Below are positions 57,729-64,000 of a stretch of 64,000 nucleotides of DNA, one piece after another. The number at the start of each line of letters is the position of its first letter. Positions within the stretch are counted from its first letter, which is position 1. The stretch is from an uncultured Bdellovibrionales bacterium (GTDB taxonomy: Bacteria > Patescibacteriota > Minisyncoccia > Moranbacterales > UBA1568): positions 13,840 to 77,839 of the forward strand of contig CAZATJ010000002.1 of NCBI GenBank assembly GCA_964488025.1, given 5' to 3'. The notes below the pieces were generated by a model. It searched no databases. It was not told the origin of the DNA and saw only the letters and a program-made list of their open reading frames with translations. A program made the translations under genes and the position numbers.

Positions 57729-57957
57729 GGAAATCCCCTTTCTTGGGAGGTTGGATTTTGGACAAGTATTTTCAAGGTACGCTGTCCATGATAGCACAAA
57801 ATATACTTTTTGTCAACCCTGCTTGGCAGGGAATTCTCTGCTACAATGAAAACATGATGAGTGATGCTAGATAGAGAAACAGCATGACTTGCCTCGATTT
57901 TTCTTAGGTATTTCATATCATTTATCCTGTATCACTTATCTCTTATTATCTTCGAAT

Positions 57958-59115
57958 ATGCGCATCTCTTATTCCAGTGTCGGGACGTACCAGACATGTC
58001 CGCTCAAGTATAAATATCAGCACGTTGACCGTATTCCGGAACCAAAATCCAAGGAGGCGGTATTTGGGACGCTCATTCATGCGGTCATGAAGTATATCCA
58101 CACCCCGAGCCTTCTCTCCCCTTCTGTTGATCAAGCGCTCGACTATTTCGCTAAGGGCTGGAACAGTGAAGTGTACGAGGACGAGATGGAAGAGCGCGCC
58201 GCTTTCTCGCAGGGCGTGACCATCATCCAGAATTACCTGGCGCGCAACAAACCCAATGATTTCACTATCGTCGACCTGGAAAGTCGCTTCGCGATCGAAA
58301 TCGGTGATGAGGAGCATGGCAAGCACATCGTCTCTGGTATTATCGACCGAATTGACAAGACAGCCGATGGTTATGAGATTATTGATTACAAGACGACCCG
58401 CAAAATGCCGTCGCAGGACAAAGTCGATAATGATCTCCAGCTTTCCATTTATCTCAAGGCATTTCTCGCTCGCTATCCCAAGGAAGTTGAGCATCTCGAT
58501 AAGATCACGGTCAGTCTCTACTACCTGAAGCATGGCGTGAAACTTTCAAGCGCGCGCACCTTGGAGCAGTTGGAGCGGGTCGATCAGACCTTTCTCGACG
58601 TCATCAAATCGATTGAAGAGGCAAAATTCGAACCCATCCTCTCGCCACTGTGCGATTGGTGCGGGTATCAGAAAATTTGCCCTCTGTGGAAGCATAAATT
58701 TACCGAGACTCACCGGCTCGAAACCGAAGAGGTTAAGACTGCCATCAGCGAATATCTCGATCTGAAAGGTAAGATGAGCGAAGAAAAACAGCACTTGGGA
58801 AAATTGCAGGCACTGATTCTCGAGTATATGGAGCAGGAGGGCGTGGACCGGGTCTTTGACGAACAGGGCATCATCGGAAAGTCGCTTCGCAAGACCTACA
58901 AATACGATGAAGAAAAATTACGAGCTATCCTGGAACCGCTTGATAAGTGGGAATCGATTTTGAAAGTAGACGGCATCGCGCTTCGCACCATCCTCGCTAC
59001 TCTCCCCTCCTCCCTTCAGGAATCGGCTGAAAAAGCGAAAATGCTCGACAAAGAAAGCGTCAGCCTTTCGGTCAAGAAAAACAAAATCGAAGTGGATGAT
59101 GACTTGTCACTTTAA
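57958..59115 (+). CDS. PD-(D/E)XK nuclease superfamily protein, Cas4/RecB-like with Cys4 cluster
   Basis: N-terminal YQTCPLKY Cys, IVDLE / IDRID / EIIDYKT nuclease motifs, C-terminal CDWCGYQKICP (three Cys). Confidence 0.65.
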   Translation: MRISYSSVGTYQTCPLKYKYQHVDRIPEPKSKEAVFGTLIHAVMKYIHTPSLLSPSVDQALDYFAKGWNSEVYEDEMEERAAFSQGVTIIQNYLARNKPNDFTIVDLESRFAIEIGDEEHGKHIVSGIIDRIDKTADGYEIIDYKTTRKMPSQDKVDNDLQLSIYLKAFLARYPKEVEHLDKITVSLYYLKHGVKLSSARTLEQLERVDQTFLDVIKSIEEAKFEPILSPLCDWCGYQKICPLWKHKFTETHRLETEEVKTAISEYLDLKGKMSEEKQHLGKLQALILEYMEQEGVDRVFDEQGIIGKSLRKTYKYDEEKLRAILEPLDKWESILKVDGIALRTILATLPSSLQESAEKAKMLDKESVSLSVKKNKIEVDDDLSL

Positions 59116-59127
59116 CGCACGGAAAGA

Positions 59128-59589
59128 TCAGCGATCGAGTTCGGAACTGTCTGGACAAGGGGCAAATGCGCATGTGGGACCGGTTCTGCCGACAAAGCTA
59201 CCGTCGGGGCAAAGCTTCACCTCTTGGGTGCAGAGTACTTTCTTGTTCGTTTTTTCAACCAGCGCCTCTTTCTGCGTAGGCTTGGTAGGAACTTTTTCTA
59301 TCGGTACTTCAAATGGTTCTTCGGTAATGCCTGGCCTATTAGGAAGATTATCGTGAGGACAAGGAGCAAACGCGCACTGCGGACCGGTTCGTGTCACCGC
59401 GCTCCCGTCGGGACATATTCTGGCTTCTTGTGTACAGGCCCTCATTCCTTGTCCCAAGGAAAAATCTTTGGAGTAAACGGAAAAAAAAGCAATCAGAAGT
59501 GAGAAAAAAACAACGAGCGCCGCAACAAGAGCGGTATCGGGGTGGAGAGGATATTTTTGCATAACGTTTTCTTTTTCTTCAGTATACAC
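59128..59589 (-). CDS. secreted Cys-rich protein with two 27-aa repeats (C-x5-CPDGS-x-V-x-RTGP-x-CAFAPCP)
   Basis: N-terminal TM/signal. Repeats CTQEARICPDGSAVTRTGPQCAFAPCP and CTQEVKLCPDGSFVGRTGPTCAFAPCP. Confidence 0.5.
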   Translation of the reverse strand: MYTEEKENVMQKYPLHPDTALVAALVVFFSLLIAFFSVYSKDFSLGQGMRACTQEARICPDGSAVTRTGPQCAFAPCPHDNLPNRPGITEEPFEVPIEKVPTKPTQKEALVEKTNKKVLCTQEVKLCPDGSFVGRTGPTCAFAPCPDSSELDR

Positions 59590-59618
59590 CCTACCCGAAG
59601 GGCTGTAAATTTTTAACG

Positions 59619-59645
59619 GCTGAGGACATGGGACGAAGTTGGAAC
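59619..59645. repeat. 27-bp array repeat, copy A (GCTGAGGACATGGGACGAAGTTGGAAC)
   Basis: Matches the consensus GCTGAGGCTCTGGGACGAAGTTGGAAC at 24 of 27 positions. Confidence 0.75.
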
Positions 59646-59650
59646 TTTTA

Positions 59651-60193
59651 TTACCTCAGGTTTTTGAAGCAATTCAACCAAGTTGGCCACCAAGGAATTG
59701 AAACAAAAGCAATTATTAAGCTTGTTAAGCTTGTGATGATGAGAATATGTTTTTTTATGTATTCTAATGTTTTATTAGAAGTCTTGTTTTGAATATTTCT
59801 TCCCTCTTCTTTTTGAATACTATTGATTTTTAGGTTTTCAAGCGTTATTGAGTGCCCACTAATTTCTTTGATTTTTCCTGATATCTTAATTTTTGTTTTT
59901 TGGTGTAATGTTTTTAATTCAGGGTTTTCTTCCAGACTGATCGAGCCATAGATGGAAGGGTAAACACCATTGAGATCAACCATAGTCACCCAAAAGAGTT
60001 CATCTTCAGGAGAGGGGTCTTTGTCATACGGAAAGGAGGGATGGTTTTCTTTATATGGATTATACAAACTTCGAAAGAGAACTGTCCATTCACATTGAAG
60101 ACCAATATATCCTTTTTCAGCTTCCTTTTGGAGATATACTGGCATTTTAGAGACAGCATTGATAATCTCAATTGGGTTGGGTTTTATATTCAT
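59651..60193 (-). CDS. hypothetical protein with C-terminal TM helix
   Basis: 180-aa ORF at low GC. No family. Confidence 0.4.
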   Translation of the reverse strand: MNIKPNPIEIINAVSKMPVYLQKEAEKGYIGLQCEWTVLFRSLYNPYKENHPSFPYDKDPSPEDELFWVTMVDLNGVYPSIYGSISLEENPELKTLHQKTKIKISGKIKEISGHSITLENLKINSIQKEEGRNIQNKTSNKTLEYIKKHILIITSLTSLIIAFVSIPWWPTWLNCFKNLR

Positions 60194-60453
60194 AAAAAAA
60201 TACGGCGAAAATATTATGTGCTGGGAAAGAAGGGAGGTCTCGCTGCTCTCCGCCGGTTGGCGGATGCGCTCTATAGGGCTTCCCTGCCCGAAGTGCTACA
60301 TCGTTGCAGGCGGGCGCCCTCTAGCCCGGCAAAGCCGGTCACCTCAAACGGACAAACGGGTGTTTTCCCGACCCCTCTTCTCGTTCGATCCCTTTACCTC
60401 TACAGAATAAAAGAAAATCACCATACCCACAAGGGGCATAGCGATTTTTCTTA

Positions 60454-60480
60454 GCTGAGGCTCTGGGACGAAGTTGGAAC
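60454..60480. repeat. 27-bp array repeat, copy B (consensus)
   Basis: gctgaggctctgggacgaagttggaac. Confidence 0.8.
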
Positions 60481-60503
60481 GTATTTACGGAATCAAGCGG
60501 TTT

Positions 60504-61544
60504 TTAAAAGTTGATGATTACATCCTTATTCTTTGTGTTTATTTGAACGGGCATGCCGTAGGGTATGGGAATTTGTGGGTCCGTATGGCCAAAATCTAAA
60601 TTTTGTACAATGGGTGCGGTCTTATTATACTGCCGTATGATTTGTAGAGTAGTTTCTCTTTGTCTTTTTCGATATTCTTCTTTTTCTTCGCTACTTTTTT
60701 GATTATCGAATTCCCATGCCTTGGGCCGCCCAACAAGAAAACCCTTGATCCTTTCTAAGATCCCCCGTTCCCCCATGGCTCTATAAATACGCCTAACATA
60801 ATCCGGCGAAGGTATTTCCTCAGATGTTTCCGTTAGTAAAATGATATTTTCAAAATCTTCAAGTGACGGCATAGGAATAGCATGGCGGAGCAATTCATCA
60901 ATTGATTCAAGGCAACCTCCCCAAGTTACGCCCTCTGCATTTTGGTTACCATCCCAAAACCAACCAGCATTGGGCTCGTAGGACTTATTCTTTCTCAGGT
61001 TTTCTGGGTCATCCCAACTTAAACCTTGATCGCAGTATGCATCGCTGGCTTGAATCTTTACTTCACCTTGCTGAAAGAGTGCGAGTTCTAAATACTTGGC
61101 CGTATATTTGTTTATTTTTCCTGACTCGGCAAACTGGGTAAAGAGTGCCCCTCCGTAGTAGGAGGGAATTCCATTGAGCCACAGGAAATTCATAAAGTGA
61201 GTATTATCACTATACCCGAAAAACGGCTTTGGATTGTCTATGAATGGCTTCGAGGGAAGATCTTTTATATATGTTACTTGGTCGTCACCACCCAGAGAAG
61301 AGATGATTGCTTGTATGTTCTTATCTTCAAATGCAGCTATCAAGTCTTGAGCCCTCTCATTTTTAGAGGCACCTATCTTTTTTGTTGTTGGAAATTCTAC
61401 AGGCTCTAATTGAAAATTTTCTCTCAGTCTTTTTAGTCCAAGTTCGTAAACATGAGGCCATTTTCCGGGAGCAGCAAATGATGGCGACAAAATGGCAACC
61501 TTGTCACCTCCTGTTAACTTTTTAAGTTGAGTGAAATTTTGCAT
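60504..61544 (-). CDS. S66 family LD-carboxypeptidase (LdcA/MccF-like)
   Basis: GDKVAILSPS, GYSDNT (Ser nucleophile), FGHTD (His). 346 aa. Confidence 0.75.
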   Translation of the reverse strand: MQNFTQLKKLTGGDKVAILSPSFAAPGKWPHVYELGLKRLRENFQLEPVEFPTTKKIGASKNERAQDLIAAFEDKNIQAIISSLGGDDQVTYIKDLPSKPFIDNPKPFFGYSDNTHFMNFLWLNGIPSYYGGALFTQFAESGKINKYTAKYLELALFQQGEVKIQASDAYCDQGLSWDDPENLRKNKSYEPNAGWFWDGNQNAEGVTWGGCLESIDELLRHAIPMPSLEDFENIILLTETSEEIPSPDYVRRIYRAMGERGILERIKGFLVGRPKAWEFDNQKSSEEKEEYRKRQRETTLQIIRQYNKTAPIVQNLDFGHTDPQIPIPYGMPVQINTKNKDVIINF

Positions 61545-61554
61545 AAAACTATGT

Positions 61555-61581
61555 GCTGGGGCTGTGGGACGCTGTTGGAAC
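61555..61581. repeat. 27-bp array repeat, copy C (gctggggctgtgggacgctgttggaac)
   Basis: 23 of 27 match to the consensus. Confidence 0.7.
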
Positions 61582-61595
61582 TTATTTGTCTTATT

Positions 61596-61874
61596 CTAAA
61601 GCTTTATAGTTGCTATAATCTTTTCAAAAATATCCACGTTATCTTGGTTATCACCAGGGTAAGAGGCTACAATTGTATTAAATCCATTACTTATCAATGT
61701 GTCAACCCACAACTCTCCCGCATACGCTCCCCTATAGGATGTTTGTGTGGCTACAAGATTACCAACTTTTACTGTTTTTTGAGTGAAATTTTCATGGTTA
61801 TCTGTCTTTTGCTTATTGGTAATACTGCTAATATCTTCTTGTTTTGAATAGATTATGAGTTGGTTCATTATCAT
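61596..61874 (-). CDS. hypothetical small protein
   Basis: 92-aa ORF. Confidence 0.35.
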   Translation of the reverse strand: MIMNQLIIYSKQEDISSITNKQKTDNHENFTQKTVKVGNLVATQTSYRGAYAGELWVDTLISNGFNTIVASYPGDNQDNVDIFEKIIATIKL

Positions 61875-61955
61875 TGCGTCTGGGATACCATTAGGACTAA
61901 TTGTATACAGTCCTAAGATGATATCTTGGCAAGAAGAAATAGCTCCGGGGGTATT

Positions 61956-62759
61956 TTAGTCTAATCCCACTTTTCTTTTTTTCCAATGTTCAATGTTACT
62001 GCTAACCTTAATAATTTTAGGTAGTTTGTTATCATTTATTAGCGATGAGTCTAGGACAGGAACCGGAAGAAATTTGAAACTATTGAGCACAGCTTCAACT
62101 TGTTTTCTCTCCGTTTTATTTATAGTGCCTTTATACGAGATGCTATCTTCATAGTAATTACACTGAGAAAGATCAATTTCTTGATCCTTACGTGTGCAAA
62201 TAGTTTGTTTATTGAACACCATATTGCTTCCGAAGAGAAACCCTGACTCATTCCATACACCGCTAGGATAATTTTCAAAATTCGTTATAGTGGCCCATGT
62301 TGATCTGTTTATAAGAGGATAATCAAAAGAAGCCCTTATTTTTTCAGAAAACTTTACGGTTGAAGGTAATGTTACTCCAGGAATGCCTTCTGTTGATATG
62401 CCCTGGGGAGCAATAAGTACAAATGTCCCCTGGGTAAAGTGGCTAGCCCCATTGGCGTTATCAAAAGGATTGTCAGGGCTATTCTTATAGAAAATGATTA
62501 CCGGGTCGGAACCCCTATCAAATTCTTTGTATGTCCAACCATTTGGAAGGACTACTTGAAAATAATATTTTGTATTTGTATATATGTTATTTTCAAAACG
62601 ACTTATAACTTCTTTTTTTGAAGTTTCGGCGGGCGTTATTGTTAAATTTACATGGTCCTTTTTAGGAGTTGATATTTGTAGAGAAAAAAGAGCAACTATT
62701 GTTGCTAAGATTAAAATTATAAAAATGGCTAAAGATGAATTTATTTTTCTGTAAAACAT
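61956..62759 (-). CDS. hypothetical secreted protein (signal anchor)
   Basis: 267 aa, N-terminal LAIFIILILATIVALFSL helix. Confidence 0.4.
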   Translation of the reverse strand: MFYRKINSSLAIFIILILATIVALFSLQISTPKKDHVNLTITPAETSKKEVISRFENNIYTNTKYYFQVVLPNGWTYKEFDRGSDPVIIFYKNSPDNPFDNANGASHFTQGTFVLIAPQGISTEGIPGVTLPSTVKFSEKIRASFDYPLINRSTWATITNFENYPSGVWNESGFLFGSNMVFNKQTICTRKDQEIDLSQCNYYEDSISYKGTINKTERKQVEAVLNSFKFLPVPVLDSSLINDNKLPKIIKVSSNIEHWKKRKVGLD

Positions 62760-62811
62760 ATTTTTTTATATCATAACACAAAAGCACCATTTTAGGTGCT
62801 TAAAAGTCTTA

Positions 62812-62838
62812 GCTGAGGCTCTGGGACGATGTTGGAAC
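62812..62838. repeat. 27-bp array repeat, copy D (gctgaggctctgggacgatgttggaac)
   Basis: 26 of 27 match. Confidence 0.8.
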
Positions 62839-62871
62839 CTATTTATTGCAAGAATTACCCTAATTAAAGCC

Positions 62872-63654
62872 TTATTCTGTAAATTTGTCTATCCAATTGA
62901 GAAATAGGCTTCTTATCTCCCCTAAATGTTCCTTTTCTCTGAAGGTATGTGGTGCGTTTTTGATAACATGAAACTCTTTTTCTCCTGGCAAAGCATTAAA
63001 CAGGATCCCTACTTGGTCTGGTGGAGTAGCAGTGTCATTCTCCCCAACAATGAGGAGGACGGGCATGGTAAGTTTTGAAGCCTTTGGAAGCAAATCGTAT
63101 TGTAATCTATCGATAATATGTGTCCACGGGAGTCTTTTGATAACCCCTGGTCTGGAAACGCTTTGCTCTTCTTTCCATCCTGTCTTCTCCCATCTCATGA
63201 AGTCATCTGGCTTAAAACGTTTGTGAGCCTCAACGCTCAGTTGACCAGATACAACAGGAGAAATCGGCGCGAGCGCTAAAACTTTTTCAGGATATCTTTC
63301 TGCAAAGAGTGCTGTGCAGATACCGCCTAAACTATGACCAGAAAGGGCAAAGAGCTCTTGATACCACACCTGATCTTTCGCCCAAGAAATCACATCCTCC
63401 AGATCCTCGTAGTAGTTCGTAATAGTGGCATCTTCGTATTTTCCGTCACTCTCACCGAAGGTATTGGTTGTATCAAAGCGTACAACAGTAAATCCTCGTT
63501 CCTGGAAGGCGTTTGCAATAGTGATAATATGATTTTGTTCCTTGAAACCACCAAGTCCGTGCATGACAAAGGCCAATCCGTTCTGATTCTCAGTTTGTTC
63601 AACAATCACAGAAACATTCTGTTCTTTGCGATTTTTGATAAAAAGTTTTTGCAT
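62872..63654 (-). CDS. alpha/beta hydrolase
   Basis: HGLGG oxyanion region and GHSLGG nucleophile elbow. 260 aa. Confidence 0.75.
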   Translation of the reverse strand: MQKLFIKNRKEQNVSVIVEQTENQNGLAFVMHGLGGFKEQNHIITIANAFQERGFTVVRFDTTNTFGESDGKYEDATITNYYEDLEDVISWAKDQVWYQELFALSGHSLGGICTALFAERYPEKVLALAPISPVVSGQLSVEAHKRFKPDDFMRWEKTGWKEEQSVSRPGVIKRLPWTHIIDRLQYDLLPKASKLTMPVLLIVGENDTATPPDQVGILFNALPGEKEFHVIKNAPHTFREKEHLGEIRSLFLNWIDKFTE

Positions 63655-63664
63655 AGATTTTCGT

Positions 63665-63737
63665 GCTGAGGCTCTGGGATTTATCCGCCTCGGGAGGACG
63701 AAGCCCGCCTGAACGATTCATTCGGGCAAGTTGGAAC
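63665..63737. repeat. array repeat, copy E, long form with about 48-bp internal insertion
   Basis: gctgaggctctggga + tttatccgcctcgggaggacgaagcccgcctgaacgattcattcgggca + agttggaac. The insert contains a GCCCG...CGGGC hairpin. Confidence 0.7.
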
Positions 63738-64000
63738 CTATTTTAAGTCCATTAACCAGATTTGACCCTTTTCTCCGTCTGGAGCGATTGCTACCCCAAC
63801 CCTCCTAAATTCGGAGTTGTCATGAAACCCCCAAGAGTCTTGGTGGGTGACTCCACTGAAAAACACCGCTTCTTGGTATCCTTCTTTTTTTGCCTCATCA
63901 ACTTGTAAGTTTCGTAACGCAGTCCCAATTCCTTTTCCTTGATATTTCGCTGCTACCACGTAGAATTCGATGACCTTGTCGGTTTTTGTATACTGCTTCA
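63738..64000 (-). CDS. GNAT family N-acetyltransferase, C-terminal part (N-terminus beyond window end)
   Basis: QGKGIGTAL acetyl-CoA binding motif A. The ORF is open to the window edge. Confidence 0.6.
   Translation of the reverse strand, partial: KQYTKTDKVIEFYVVAAKYQGKGIGTALRNLQVDEAKKEGYQEAVFFSGVTHQDSWGFHDNSEFRRVGVAIAPDGEKGQIWLMDLK

Noticed and set aside
57900-57957. oriC / DnaA-box cluster
   Set aside because: The boxes only loosely match TTATCCACA. No dnaA/dnaN neighbourhood and no AT-rich unwinding element were identified, so they are kept only as a possible regulator-binding box family.
60041-60454. Plus-strand ORFs 60041-60454 and 60159-60410
   Set aside because: They lie in the GC-rich noncoding block, with no start context, and their translations look like frame noise from GC-rich sequence.
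59619-63737. CRISPR array interpretation of the 27-bp repeats
   Set aside because: Repeat spacing is 0.8-1.2 kb and each interval is filled by a full protein-coding gene, not 30-40-bp spacers. The repeats are also not partially palindromic.
59619-63737. Classical integron attC sites
   Set aside because: The repeats are not imperfect palindromes. There is no inverse core RYYYAAC ... GTTRRRY symmetry, since GTTCCAAC on one side has no complementary partner on the other.
63665-63737. Hammerhead-like ribozyme in repeat copy E (CUGAGG ... GACGAAG)
   Set aside because: The invariant CUGANGA and GAAA cores are not satisfied (CUGAGGC, CGAAGC), and no three-stem junction can be drawn.

Overview
The 64-kb window is dominated by a cell-envelope glycosylation locus from a moderately AT-rich bacterium (about 45-48% GC). 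Few genes have Shine-Dalgarno motifs, and the gene content resembles uncultivated Patescibacteria/CPR-like or Gram-positive-like lineages. The lineage cannot be assigned from sequence alone.

Glycosylation content:
- Two three-component polyprenyl-phosphate glycosylation modules (a GT2 polyprenyl-phosphate glycosyltransferase of the GtrB/DPM1/ArnC kind, a small GtrA-like membrane protein, and a large GT-C-like membrane protein).
- Four adjacent PMT_2/ArnT-like GT-C paralogs.
- Five GT4 and three further GT2 glycosyltransferases.
- Two nucleotide-sugar dehydrogenases (ugd and a WecC-like one), a Wzx-like flippase, two O-antigen-ligase-like proteins, an LCP (LytR-CpsA-Psr) ligase and a WecG/TagA GT26.

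Housekeeping genes are interspersed: tmk-like, rtcB, ctpA, groES with no adjacent groEL, def-fmt-priA, gltX, and an M23 peptidase.

Features of particular interest:
1. At the 3' end (59.1-64.0 kb) there is an AT-rich, same-strand array of unrelated small accessory genes punctuated by a conserved 27-bp repeat. The genes are an MccF-like S66 LD-carboxypeptidase, an alpha/beta hydrolase, a GNAT, a tandem Cys-rich secreted repeat protein and several hypotheticals. A 260-bp GC-rich ORF-free block sits inside the array, and a Cas4-like PD-(D/E)XK nuclease gene and a GGDEF cyclase gene border it.
2. A four-helix-bundle (23S rRNA intervening-sequence family) gene sits in an insertion-like module bounded by inverted ACAATCAAC repeats and tandem CAAATAACA 15-mers. 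A solo copy of the module's right end lies upstream of gltX, and an NYN nuclease gene lies nearby.
3. Two islands are GC-richer than the surroundings (about 9.3-11.05 kb and 19.7-20.7 kb). The first is flanked by terminators.
4. A 75-bp promoter-plus-leader element is duplicated in front of two adjacent genes and contains a hairpin with a compensatory base-pair change.
5. Several enzymes appear catalytically degenerate: PriA lacking the Walker A and DEAH motifs, a LigT-like protein lacking both catalytic His, and a tandem rhodanese without the catalytic Cys.

No rRNA, tRNA or CRISPR features were found.
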